Shown here one piece after another: positions 23,855 through 36,229 of a stretch of 64,000 nucleotides of DNA. Under the pieces are notes generated by a model. That model was not told where the DNA came from. It did not search any database and saw nothing but the letters and a program-made list of their open reading frames with translations. This stretch comes from Malacoraja senta. Its lineage: Eukaryota. Every line of letters begins with the position of its first letter. Position 1 is the stretch's first letter. The translations under genes were made by a program, and so were the position numbers. The stretch spans positions 15,688,001-15,752,000 of the forward strand of contig CM075989.1 in the NCBI GenBank assembly GCA_038087875.1, read 5' to 3'.

Positions 23855-25272
23855 TATAAATATACTGACTCCCACAGCTATCTAGACTACACTTCTTTCC
23901 ATCCTGCCTCCTGCAAAACCTCTATCCCCTACTCCCAATTCCTCCATCTATGTCGCATCTGCGCCCAAGATAATAAGGTGTTCCATAGCAGGACATCCGA
24001 GATGTCCTAATTCTTTAGGGAATGGGGGTTCCCCACTTCCATCATAGATGAGGCCGTCGCACGAGTCTCCTCGGTATCCCACAGCTCCGCTTTTGCTTTT
24101 GCTCCCCCTTCCTCCAGTCGCATCGGTAGAGTCCCCCTAGTCCTCAACTTTCACCCCATCAGCTGTTGCATATAGCACATAATCCCCCAACATTTTCGCC
24201 ACCTCCAATGGGCTCCCACCACTAGCCTCATCTTCCCATATCCAACCCTTTCCGTTTTCCACAGAGACCGTTTCATCCGCAACTCCCTGGTTAACTCATC
24301 CCGTCCCACTCAAACCACCCCTTTCCCAGGTACTTTCCCCTGTAACCGCAGGAGATGTAACACCTGTCCCTATACCTCCTCTCTTGACGCCATTCAAGGA
24401 CCTCGACAGCCCTTTCAGGTGAGGCAGACGTTCACTTGCACCTTCATCTACTGTATCAGCTATTCCAGGTGTGGACTCCTACATATCAACAAGACCAAGT
24501 GCAGACAGCGATCTTTTCGCTGAACTCCGCTCAGTCTGCCTTGGCCTATGCGATCTCCCGGGTGCCTGGAGGGGTTAACTCCCCCTACAGTTCCCATACT
24601 GACCTTGGGAAGAAGGAATGGGTGACGTTTCAGGTCGTGACACTTCTTCACACCTGGAGTAGTCTGAAGAAGGGTCTCGACCCGAAACGTCACTCATTCC
24701 TTCCCTCCAGAGATGCTGCCTGTCCTGCTGAGTTACTCCAGCTTTTTGTGTCTATCTTTGGTTTAAACCAGCATCTGCAGTTCCTTCCTACCCATACTGA
24801 CCTTCCTGTCCTGGGTCTCCTCCACTGTGAGGTCAAATGCAAATTGTAGAAACAGCACCTCATATTTCGCTTGGGCAGCTTGTATGAATATTAATTTCTC
24901 TAGCTTCAAGTAAGTAACTCTCTCTCTCTGCTTTCCCTCTCTCTCCCCTTCCTCGTTCTCTGACCAGTCTGAATATCCCCCTGATTAAATTTAATCTCTG
25001 TTGTTAATCTTCGTTGTCAACATCTCCTAGCTAAAACAAACTGATCTATCCTAGTGTTTTCCTTGAACTACTTCTTCATCTTTGATGTCTCGTTTTCACA
25101 CCTTACACTTACTTATCTCTGTCTCCTTCTCCCTCCCGATTCTCAGTCTGAAGAAGATTCTAATTCTGAAGTCGACCCTTCTCTCCAGAGATGCTGCTGC
25201 CTGTCCCCGCTGAGTTACTCCAGCATTTTGTGTCTTGTCTTCGGTGTAAACCAGCATCTGCAGTTTCCGACA
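23855..25272 (+). mobile_element. Degenerate Penelope-like element (RT C-terminus, GIY-YIG, 3' repeat) with nested short element at 24607-24790
   Basis: Homologous to the reverse complement of 16973-17944; nested element flanked by exact 14-bp CCCATACTGACCTT at 24593-24606 and 24791-24804. Confidence 0.85.
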
Positions 25273-25383
25273 CAGCGGGCGGGGACAATAAAGTTGGTTG
25301 TGTTGAAGCCGTCCACTTCCGCTGCCATGGCGGGCCGCTGTTGGCGGGCGGCGGGTCCGGGTTAATGTGGTTCTCGGGGTAAC
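25273..25383 (+). promoter_or_regulatory. POLR2M CpG-rich promoter / 5' leader
   Basis: GC box GGGCGGGG at ~25277, ETS-like CACTTCCG at ~25314, GCCATGGCG (YY1/Kozak-like); start of a CpG island extending to ~26060. Confidence 0.65.
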
Positions 25384-25493
25384 ATGTCAGGCGGGTCCAG
25401 CGATCGGCAGGGGACCGTGGGGGATTTGGACAAGAAGCCCAAGGGGGAGCTGGTGGAGCTGCTGAGGCGGCAGCTCAAACTCAAAGCCAATAC
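25384..25493 (+). CDS. POLR2M: POLR2M (Gdown1/GRINL1A) coding exon 1
   Basis: ATG at 25384; MSGGSSDRQGTVGDLDKKPKGELVELLRRQLKLKAN; AC|gtgagt donor (phase 2); matches the Gdown1 N-terminal EL.E.L.RQ pattern. Confidence 0.9.
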
Positions 25494-25550
25494 GTGAGTG
25501 GAGCCGGGGCTGGAGGGGAGGCCAGTGGCGGGGAGCGGGGAGAGGATGGA

Positions 25551-26040
25551 GCCCCGACCCGGGCAGGAGGCAGCCCCGACCCGGGCAGTAGGCAGCCCCG
25601 ACCCGGGCAGGAGGCAGCCCCGACCCGGGCAGGAGGCAGCCCCGACCCGGGCAGGAGGCAGCCTCGACCCGGGCAGGAGGCAGCCCCGACCCGGGCAGGA
25701 GGCAGCCAGACCCGGGCAGGAGGCAGCCAGACCCGGGCAGGAGGCAGCCTCGACCCGGGCAGGAGGCAGCCCCGACCCGGGCAGGAGGCAGCCCCGACCC
25801 GGGCAGGAGGCAGCCCCGACCCGGGCAGGAGGCAGCCTCGACCCGGGCAGGAGGCAGCCCCGACCCGGGCAGGAGGCAGCCCCGACCCGGGCAGGAGGCA
25901 GCCAGACCCGGGCAGGAGGCAGCCAGACCCGGGCAGGAGGCAGCCCCGACCCGGGCAGTAGGCAGCCCCGACCCGGGCATGAGGCAGCCCCGACCCGGGC
26001 AGGAGGCAGCCCCGACCCGGGCAGGAGGCAGCCAGACCCG
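25551..26040. repeat. GC-rich minisatellite in POLR2M intron 1, ~22 copies of a 21-22-bp unit
   Basis: Unit GAGGCAGCCCCGACCCGGGCAG with variants GCCTCGA and 21-bp GCCAGA. Confidence 0.97.
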
Positions 26041-26711
26041 CTGAGCCCCTCCCGCGCTTTGTATTGTTGAAACAAACGCTAAATCTAGGAGAATAGAATG
26101 ACCCTACATTAAATAAAACGTAGTCTAGTGGCTTCCTGTGGACCTGCAATGGATTTTCTTTATGCTCCTTCAAAAATTAGAGCATATTTTTTCCTGCCAC
26201 GCATATTAATCATATGTCCATAAATGATGGGAGCAGAATTAGGCCGTTCGGCCCATCAGTTCTACTCCGCCATTCGATAATGGCTGATCTACGTTTCCCT
26301 CTTAGCCCCATTCGCCTGCCTTCGCCCCGTAACCCCTGACACCCATATCTCCTCTCAAGCCACATGTGTTCAAGAATGGAGGAGGTTGAATGTTACTAAG
26401 TTGACATCAGTGCAAAACCTCATACCATTTAATTCGAAAGCCTGAAGGATGATTCAGTTAACCTAGGGGACAAGGGAGGGAGGGGAGGGGTAAGATGGAA
26501 AGAGATTAATCTTGGGGAGGATGGAGTCAAAAAAATGAATTAATCCTAGGGCATGGAGATGTATGTCTTAACACCTGCTGCAGCCTGAAGGCATTGGCTG
26601 CAGTTTTAACGGGGCCTTTTTATCTGCCTCCATCCTCCTGGTTCCATGTGGCATGTAGAGCTTAAGAAAAATATCAGTATTCATATTTTGAAGTTCAGTC
26701 TTAGTTTTAAA

Positions 26712-26775
26712 CTAGATCAAGTGCAGACCCGTTGGGTCTGCTCCCCGAACGCTCCCGTTCCCTACCCGTAAACAT
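26712..26775 (-). mobile_element. Helitron 3' terminus fragment
   Basis: Perfect 8-bp hairpin GCAGACCC-gtt-GGGTCTGC (26723-26741), 7 nt from a terminal CTAG|T on the minus strand. Confidence 0.65.
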
Positions 26776-26888
26776 TGTGGGCCGTAGGGCTTGTTCCTGT
26801 ACTGTGTTGTTCTGCGTACGTACTCTCTAAATATGTATTCGGTTCCTTAGCAATAGGTTAGTAATCAAACTATTTAATTTTCTTTAAG

Positions 26889-27635
26889 GAAATTTATTCA
26901 GAGCATGCCAGACAAGGGTAAACGAATCAATGAGTTCATACAAAAACTTGACGCTGCAATTGCTCGCCATGAAGAAGTGGAACGAACAGCAGAACTGCTT
27001 TCAGCAATTAAACTGGAGTTTCAGGTGAACCAGGTGGAGATGACTTTCGACAAGGAAGAGGACCTTACAAATGAGGTTGCCACTTCAACTCTAACAGCAC
27101 GACAGGTTTGGAATGAAACTGAGAAAGATCAGTATGTTTTGTCAAAGATTAATGTTCAAAGTGGTGTTAAGAATGAGAATTCTGAAGAATGCATTGAAAA
27201 TCAAAAATCAAATCCTGTGAGAGGAGCCGTATTAGAAAAGGAGCAAGCAACTTTAGCAATTCAAAGCTCTAAGGTTTCTACGAAAAGTGAGAACTCTCTT
27301 GATTCTCTGATGGACCACCAGAGTACTGTGGATATAAAGCAGGAAGGAAACAATCATCTCGATCTGCATAATGCCACAAATGTTATGGACAGAGATTTTG
27401 ACGAAACAACTGAGTTGCTCACTGATAGATTTGCCAAAGTCTCCCTCACTGAAAATGAGCACAGAAAAGTACCTAAGAAAATCCACGAGGAACCAACTTT
27501 GATCAGCGATGTGAAGTTCACTGACAATCCCTTTCGGACTCTGCACCAAGTGAAGAAAAATCCTCATTATGTTGATGTACTTCAGCACAGAGCTATGAAT
27601 CCACTGGTGAAAAAAGCACAATTCAAAACAAACCA
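26889..27635 (+). CDS. POLR2M: POLR2M coding exon 2
   Basis: aag|G acceptor; KFIQSMPDKGKRINEFIQKLDAAIA (Gdown1 LPDKG-type motif) to PHYVDVL..KAQFKTN; CA|gtaagt donor (phase 2). Confidence 0.95.
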
Positions 27636-28599
27636 GTAAGTTGCATCAGGGGTTAGACAAGCTCCATGTGGGCACTTTTGACTGAATTTAAGCATTGTTA
27701 GTTCTTAGAAGCTTAATCCATTTTTTTTGTTTAATCCTGTAATTTCAAAATGTTATATATAAACAGTTATGCTGTTACATTGCCTATCACAGGAATGTTG
27801 AGATAAGGGTCTATAGAAGTGCCAGCTGACATTGCAGGCATTCGGAAAAAGATTTTTACAGGCAATGCACGTCCTCTCTGCTATCTGTCGATGTGAAGGA
27901 GAGTATCGTTATGCATTATTAGGGTAGGAGCATCAGTACTGAATAACTTAATTGGACTCGTTGGGCAGTCCCTTCGTTTGAAGATCATTCCTGAGCCTGG
28001 TCTGATGGTTGGGCTACTCTAGAAGCTCCATTGGAGGCGATTTCTTGTCAATGGCCTGCAGACACCTTTCTCTTCAAATGTCTGATATTGTGTTGCTGCC
28101 CTCCTTCTAAGTGCTAACCAGGTTTGAAGATTGGAAGTTACCAAATAAGTGACCTACTGGTTGGGTAACCCAATGAAAGTACGTTTGCTGTCTTGAAGTT
28201 TTAAAATCATCAGAAATGTTTCCAGTTGTATTCTTTAGTTACATTTCCATAGTTTTGTTTACCACTGTCTCAATGTATAGATATTGATCCTATTTTTGCT
28301 GCACCAAATCTATGAGTAGGAAAGGAAAGGTTAACTAGTACAGTTTACTTAACCATGTAGAACAGCATAATATATCGCAATGTTATGACATATGATAACA
28401 ATGAAAGGCTTCAGTGGAATTCATTTTATTAGTTCCCTCTTGTGTTGAGGAGGCTACTGAGCTCCTATGAAGTATCCTGCTATTATGCAGCTCTGGAAAA
28501 GTGATCTGTAAATGTTGTATGACTGAGTTATACATTTGATAGTTTTTTTCATGAGTTAGATGGTCTTTCAGTGTGAATATGCATTTTGTTTTGCATCAG

Positions 28600-28810
28600 C
28601 CCAATATCTGGATCTGCTGGTTCATCTCCAGACCATTCACCTGGCAGATCTGAGCTGAAACGTTCTCCTGCAGAACGTAGACTGAGAGACCGGAAGCACC
28701 TTGATGATATCACAGCTGCTAGATTGCCCCCACTTTACCACTCTCCTGTTCAACTACTGTCCTTTGAAGAATCTGCAGAATTACAAATCTCACAAAAGCA
28801 AAAATATGAG
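28600..28810 (+). CDS. POLR2M: POLR2M coding exon 3
   Basis: cag|C acceptor; [34 protein letters not shown] is the conserved Gdown1 C-terminal domain; GAG|gtaagt donor (phase 0). Confidence 0.96.
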
Positions 28811-29483
28811 GTAAGTAATGGCCAGAATCCACAATCAATATGTGAAATATTTAAATTAATAACTTTCAAATTGGTTGTGCAAAGTTATAATTTACTTTTG
28901 TTTTGAATATTGGTTTTGTATCCTTTATCTTGTAATCACAGAATTTAAACTATTGATTCTGAACTGTTTAAATATCATGTGTACTTGAAAATAAAAATGT
29001 AATGTGATCTACATTAGAGATACACGGGCTAGGATAGATGTTAATTTTGCTTCTGAAAATGCAGAGCACTCCACCTCACTTGGGACTGAGTAATGAAAAT
29101 CTGCATTTATTTTTCATCATTTAATTGATAAAGGGAACAGCAAATTTACTCTTTGATATATTACTTAATCTGGGTTCATGGAAATTAAATGCCTTTAGTA
29201 ATTCAAATTTAATTTCAGTTTGCAATTGGTGCTATTTTGAGAATGGACATCTGTGAACTCTTTTTAGTTTCATAATCTAAGACTCAATATTGTAACAGAA
29301 CTTGACAACTGCAGTGTTTATACCAACTTCTATTTACTGGTGTTCGATGAGATTATGTTTTTGGCGTATAAATATTTCTTAATGTTACATGAAGCGCATC
29401 CGTTGAGTAACATGTAATTGAAATAAGCTGTGTGATGCCTTCTGCTTTGACCTTCAAATTAATACAACTATTCCCTTTTACAG

Positions 29484-29633
29484 TCGACACAGGCCAAGCA
29501 AGCTGCAGAGAAACTATCACAGAGAATGAACATTAAAATGGTGACATTCGATCTGCAACATGAAGGTGTTACAGCATATCCAGGATTTAGAGATCATGGA
29601 GACAGCAGTTCCTCAGAAGATGATTTAATTTGA
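29484..29633 (+). CDS. POLR2M: POLR2M terminal coding exon
   Basis: cag|TCG acceptor; STQAKQAAEKLSQRMNIKM...SSSEDDLI then TGA; spliced CDS 110+747+211+150=1218 nt (405 aa). Confidence 0.94.
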   Translation, partial: STQAKQAAEKLSQRMNIKMVTFDLQHEGVTAYPGFRDHGDSSSSEDDLI

Positions 29634-29747
29634 CAGTAAGAAAGGTTGTGCATTAGTTGTGATAACAGAGACAGGAATATTATTTCCTTTGGGAAGATGA
29701 CATCTCAATGCAAATGCTCATATTGTAGCATTAATAATTTTTAATAT

Positions 29748-29753
29748 AATAAA
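29748..29753 (+). terminator. Candidate proximal polyadenylation signal of POLR2M
   Basis: First AATAAA ~115 nt after the stop codon, in AT-rich context. Confidence 0.4.
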
Positions 29754-30308
29754 AGGTTTTATATCCATCTTTACTGATGCAAGATCTGACTATTTATTTA
29801 ATATTTTAATTAAACTTAACTAGTAGTATTGAGAAATTTTAAGCCAAGTGAAAGGTCAATAAATATCGATTTGCTTAAGATTAATGCAACGGAAAATTGA
29901 AATTGTGTTCAATTTGCACCAATGTGGTCTTATTTGCTTCTTCAAAAATGGTGCATTATGCATATTGATCCAAGCAGATGTTTCTTTGTCTAAAGTATTT
30001 TTATTTTTGGCTGCAGGGTAGAGTTATAGTTAGAATGTCTGCTTTTATTGTTTGAACTGTTTTAGTGCTTAATTGAAAATTCTGTGAAGGAAGATACATT
30101 TGTGATAACTATTTCTATCACTGAACATTGGTACTAAATTTTGTTGCAAGAATTATTTAACAGAAATATTTGTAAGAAGTGCAAAGTAAATGATTACTGA
30201 TCTCTGATGACTTGACTGATAATCTTCTGTTTATTTTACTCCATTTTTGGTGACGTAGCTTTAATTGGCCTAACTGCCACAAAGAATCGTGGAATTTTAA
30301 GCATTGAT

Positions 30309-30582
30309 AATAGACAATAGGTGCAGGAGTAGGCCATTCAGCCCTTCGAACCAGCACCGTCATTCACTGTGATCATGGATGATCATGCACAATCAGCACC
30401 CTGTTCCTGCCTTCTCTCCATTTCCCTATCTTTAAGAACTCTATCTAACTCTCTCTTAAAAGCATCCAGAGAATTGGCCTCCACTGCCTTCTGAGGCAGA
30501 GAATTCCACAGATTCACAACCCTCTGGGTGAAAAAGTTTTTCCTCATCTCCGTTCTAAATGGCCTACCCCTCATTCTTAAAT
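30309..30582 (-). mobile_element. CR1 LINE 3' fragment
   Basis: Encodes RGRPFRTEMRKNFFTQRVVNLWNSLPQ; same 3' UTR as other copies. Confidence 0.85.
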
Positions 30583-33500
30583 TTGCTTATGTTCAGAGCA
30601 TAAGTGTCCACAAATATTTGTGTTGATTTTAACAATATTGTGCAGGAAGCAGCATATCATTCCTTACAAAAAAAACTGGTACAAACCCACTGTGTGTTAA
30701 TTGCCATTGATAGTTTCCATTTAATTTTTTATTTGTACAATTCTCATAATTTGCACCAAACTAGCAATGTAGAAACAATCCAGTAATCTTTTCAGTTCAT
30801 GTGTCTGCAAGAATATGAAGGAGGGAGATTTGATCATCTTCTTTGTTTAAGAAGGAACTGCAGATGCTGGAAAATCGAAGGTAGACAAAAATGCTGGAGA
30901 AACTCAGCGGGTGAGGCAGCATCTATGGAGCGAAGGAAATAGGCGACGTTTCGGGTCGATACCATTCTTTGTACTGTTGCCTGAAGCTGCTACATTGATA
31001 TTACTTCATGAGTCACCTGATGTACTTTATTGTGAATGAACAATGCTGAAATGTATGTACAGTCAGGAGATTAGTGGGAAAGGAATATGATCCTTGCACT
31101 TTCTTATTCTGCCTATCTGAATTGAGGCCTTAAATTTTTTGTACTTTAAACTCTCATGTTCATGAATTGGTCTGAATATGCTGAGTAGCGCTCAGCAGCT
31201 CCGGCCCTTTGTGTTCAGATGTTTTAATCTTGCAGAGTTTAGAACCAAATTAATTTAAGACAGCACCTCTGAGAGTGGAGGAACCACCTACAAATAGGAG
31301 ATGGGTCATTTCTCTAATCAGTGATGGATTTGAACTGTTTCCACCAAAGTTGTGCATTTTTGCAATATTGTCAGTGCATCATTCACCTCAGAAGAAACTT
31401 TGTACTTGAATTTTGCTGGAGGGATGGGCAGTACATTATATTCAAGCTATGGTCCAATGTCACATTATGTACTATTCAGTTCACTAACTGTTCAGTGTTC
31501 TTACATAGAAGGTCCTGTTTGTGTATTTGTATTATATTTAAAATGTATTTTGCTCAGTGTTCAAGGTTACAACTGTTCCAGTTGCCATTGTTAATTTTTA
31601 TCTTTTCCTTTCTCAAGATCATTTTGTGCATACATTTTCCCTTTCTGTGCCATAAACTGTGAGCCCGACCATTGTAAATGAAATAGTTTAACATGTTGCA
31701 TTGGATGAGATTGACCCAAACTATTGGCTCCAAAGTTATTTTCATCAAGAACATTAGTACAGGTAGTTTTGCTATAATTCACATTTCTAGAATGCTAATT
31801 TGATATAAAATGAGTGATAAATGAGGGAACTCTATTTGTATTACGTAATCTGAATTGGTTATAACTCAAATTTGATTGGGAACTAGAGAACCACTTAGAT
31901 TAGATTAGTTTAGATTAGATTTTATTACTTGTCATTTGAACCTCAGAGAGGCTCAAACGAAACTCCGTTTCCACAGCCATACAAACAAAACAATTCCTAC
32001 AAGACACACAAACAATTCAATTTACAGAAAAACATCCATCACAGTGAATCTCCTCCTCACTGTGATGGAAGGCAACGTCTTTTCTCTCCCCTGCACCATT
32101 TCTCTCCCGATGTTGGAGCCCCAGGCGGGCGATGGTAAGTCCCACGGCCATTTAAAGCCGCGCCGGGCGGTGTACGGCCCCGCTGCAGTTAACATACACT
32201 TAAAATTACTTTGGAAATTGACAAGCGGGTAAAAACTTTTGCAAACTAAAATGTTTCCATGTTGCCTCTCTGCAGTAATCGGACACTTGTCTCTTCAGAA
32301 CACAGCTGCTAGTGTCATTAAGAAAAAGCAATTGAAATTGTCAAGCAATCCCTTGTATTGACACTTGCGCCAATAATCTGTATTAAACAAAGTAACATAC
32401 AACTTTTAGTATTTTTAGCTTGCATAACAAAACTAAAAATAGCTATTAAATAGTCATTTATTTTTGAAAATTCTGCAGGAAAAATAAGTTGGTTATTGTG
32501 ACCTGAAACTCTATCCCCTTTCCCCCTTGACACAGTTTTTACAACACAATTTCCTATAACTTGAGATTTCTTAGGAATGCAACTATCACAATGCAGCAGA
32601 ACTTTTTTTATAGTACTCAAATTGTGAAACAGAATACCTTCAAACATTAAGGCTAACTAAATTTTTGTTTTAATCATTTAATCATTACTTTGGTGTAAAG
32701 TGTGTCAAAATAGATAAATATAAGTTTAATACTGCATCCGTTGTTGAATGTTTTTCTTTTGCCCATCTAAATTTGTCGTATATGATACATTTGGACACGG
32801 CTGCAGAATAAGAATATCTTCTGAAAATATTAGATTAAATTAGTGTTGCAAGAGATATCGGATATATGGAACTGCTGGAGGAACTCTTGGCCGAGTAACA
32901 TCTGTTGGAGGAAAAGCAATAGTGGATGTTTTGAGTCGTCAACCTGCATCAGGACTGAGAGTGGAGAGAGAAGATAGTCGGTATAAAGAGCAGAGGGGGG
33001 GGGGGATGAGACTGGCTAAGTGGCGGATCGAGATGGGATGAAGAATGATGAGCCGAAGAACTAGGTTCAAGTGAATTTGAGAGAATGGAAGTTAGTAGAG
33101 AAGATGATAAATTTGACAAGTTCACTATGATATACATTATTTCATATACTTTTCCATATAAAATATATTCATCCTAAAACGTGAGTAGCAAATCAAAAAC
33201 ATTGCAGATGTTGGAAATGTTGAAATAGAAATAGCTGCAGACTCAGCAAGTCCGGCAGCATCAGTGGATAGAGAAACTGAGTTAACGTTTTAGGTTGGAC
33301 TCTTCATCAGGATTAAGTTTTCCAGCATTTTCTGTTTTTATTTCCTTCTAACTAGTGCTTTCTTCACCATTTGAGTTGTCTAAAACCCACTGATTGCTTA
33401 GAAACCGATAAAGAAAAAGAATTCCAGAATTGAGAAAATGAGGTGCAAGATGTTTTTTTGTTTTTTTAATTTGCTTATCTGACATTATCCTTGAAATGGA

Positions 33501-36229
33501 GACTCGGGTTCTTAAAGAAGAATGAAAAGAAGAAACAATTCAAATCCACTTGGGCTTCACTGTGGGACACAATGGCCAACCTTTAATGTATTTTGTAAGG
33601 CTAAGTGAGAAAGCAATGCCTTTATCAACCCTTGCACTTGGTTGCTTGTAGTCTGAGATTTCTGAAGACCGTTCTCAAAAGTTTCTCAATGCTTCAATGT
33701 AAAATTTACAAAGCTGGGAATGGAGCAGAGATTGAACGATGTGACTATTAGTGGAGCAGCAGCTACAATTTCTGAATTGTTGCAGTTTGGAAGAATGTTT
33801 GTTGTAACAAAAAAAAACATTGGGTATTGGAGCCAAGTATAAATGAGAGCACCCAGTGTGGTTGACTTATTCAGGCCAATATTCAACACATGGATGATGC
33901 TAAAATTCATAAGTCAAATAATACTTGGTGCTGTTAGCATAGTTTTATTACCTTCCAGTTTGCAAAATTGAACAATATCAAATTATTTCATGTTTAAACC
34001 GGTGTAAAAACAGAAAATCTTTTTTTTTTAAGGTGGTGTTATTTGAGTTATCAGTCAATAATCTGCATTGGATATTGTATTCCAGACTAAACCATACAGG
34101 GCAAAGTGCATCAGGATATCTGGAATGTTGATTCACTGCAGGATGCAAACCTTTTCTTCCTGTTTGCATGCGCCAAGATTCCTAGGGAAAGTTTAGTGCA
34201 GAATTAACTATGGGAGATATTCCTGATGCAATAATAGGACTTGGTTTTGATATTTAAAAAAATATATATTATTATGCTTGCTTGATGATGCAGTGTGTGG
34301 AATAAAATCGATATCTTGTTTTGCACATCTTACTCTCTTTATTTTATCGTAACTTCCATTAAATTTTAAGTACAAGGCAAATTAATACCTCTCAATAAAT
34401 ATATCAAGACGAGTGAAGAAGCAGAATAATGATATAATAAACATTTTAAAGTGGTATTTGATAAAGTGTAAAGCATCAAAAGTAAATGGTTGATTAAGAA
34501 CTATAGTATGCATTGGATGTATGTGTGAACCTCTGCAAGGTACAAAAAATAACACATTTGTTTTCATATGTGCAGTAATATTTATAAACTTTATATCTTT
34601 GGTACAATTCAATAAAGGAGAGATCAATCCACACTGACAACTAGAGGATTTTGCTTTCTTGAATCATGAATGTATTTCATTTCTTTAGATTTTATTTTCG
34701 TTGTGAAGGCCACTTGCCTTTGCTTAAAATACCTTAACGATGTTTCATACAGCTGTGAAAAGATACAGCCGTTTTACAATGAAATAGAGAGCTTCATAAT
34801 GTCAAAGAAGTGTTTGAGCAGCTGGATGCATGGTGACTTGATTTCATGTAACTGGCCATGTGGTTGGTTAAAAGTGAACGTTTGAGTCCTGTAGGACCTC
34901 TTAGGATTTGCATTATCCATGGAAACATTGCCAAAAAGAGAGGTTTGTTTTGTTGTCAGTAATTGGTAACATAAAACATTGAGTGTAAATTACTTGTTTG
35001 AAGTCATAGTTATACACACCCAGACCCGTGCAAATTTATCCTCTGAATTTCATTGACATTATAACACATGTGGTCACTCTACTGTGAGAACATTACTGTT
35101 TGTGTGGAGAAAGGAACTGCAGATGCTGGTATAAACTAAAGATGAGACACAAAGTGCTGGAGTAACTCAGTGGGTCAGGCGACATCTCTGGAAAAAAAGG
35201 ATGGGTGACGTTTTCGGCCGGGACCCTTCTTCAGAAGAGAGGTAAGCCAGGAGGGAATGGAAGTTCTCATGCCGCAGTAGTTCCCTGCCTTTCATGTGCC
35301 ATATATTGGTTATCAGAAAAGTTTTCACATGAGACAGACTGACTGATATCTCTGGGGAAGAGTTCACCAATAAATTAAACTTTACAAGTTTGCAACGATT
35401 TGGAAGTTTGAGACAGAGCTATTGGAAAAGCTACATGGTTTTCCTATCCTTCACTGTAACCCATCAGCATGCTCTGCAGCTGCATCCTACTTTCCGCATG
35501 TGATCTTGTCAACTGCCCTTTGTAATCCTAACAATTGCGTCTGCATATTTAAAATCTAGACCCCTATCTATAAAGGACAAATACCATTTGTCACCTTCAT
35601 TTGCTGCACCTACATGTCAGCTTTCTCTGTTACGTGCACTGAATCCACTTGTACTCTACTCGTTTGCAGTTTGTCCATTTTAAATTGCAGCATATCTTTT
35701 GAATTGTCTGACAGAAATGCATGACTTCACACTTTCCTACATATTCCATTTGCTATGCTTTAGCCCAATCACCTATCAGTAGCTGCTGCAGAGTCCCAAG
35801 ATCCCCTTGCATCTATCTACATGTCATCAGGACTCTTTCGGGCTCTCGGTAAGTTTTGGAAAATAAAATTCAACCAATTACTCTTTTTTTCTGCAGCCGC
35901 CTTGTGTAAAATCCTTGGATCCAGGCCATTTAGAACCTTGTGACTTTTATGCCATTAGTCTCATTGGTTTTTACAATACTTTGTCTCTCATGCTCAGAAT
36001 TGCTCCAAGTTCTTCCCTCCTATTGAAATTAGTCCATCTGTTTGAGATATTTGTAGTCTCGTCCATGGTGCAAAGTATTGGTTTAAATTATCTATCATTA
36101 ATACCCCAGTCTCACTCTGAAGGGGATGGTCCTCCCATCGTTTTATACATCCAATAGAAACTCTGATGTTAATATTACTAGCCAGTTTACTCTCTCAATC
36201 AAGTGTCTTCCTCGTTATTAGGTTTACCC

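Noticed and set aside
25551..26040. Regular short repeats suggesting a CRISPR array
   Set aside because: Units are head-to-tail with no unique spacers, there are no cas genes, and the context is a vertebrate intron
25362..26173. Five overlapping 155-237 aa ORFs on both strands
   Set aside because: They are translations of the GC-rich minisatellite in POLR2M intron 1
26905..27639. Stand-alone 244-aa ORF
   Set aside because: It is POLR2M exon 2; the Met is internal and the stop lies in the intron donor
34301..34306. Distal AATAAA as the end of a long POLR2M 3' UTR
   Set aside because: Plausible, but AATAAA is common in this AT-rich DNA and cannot be supported without transcript data
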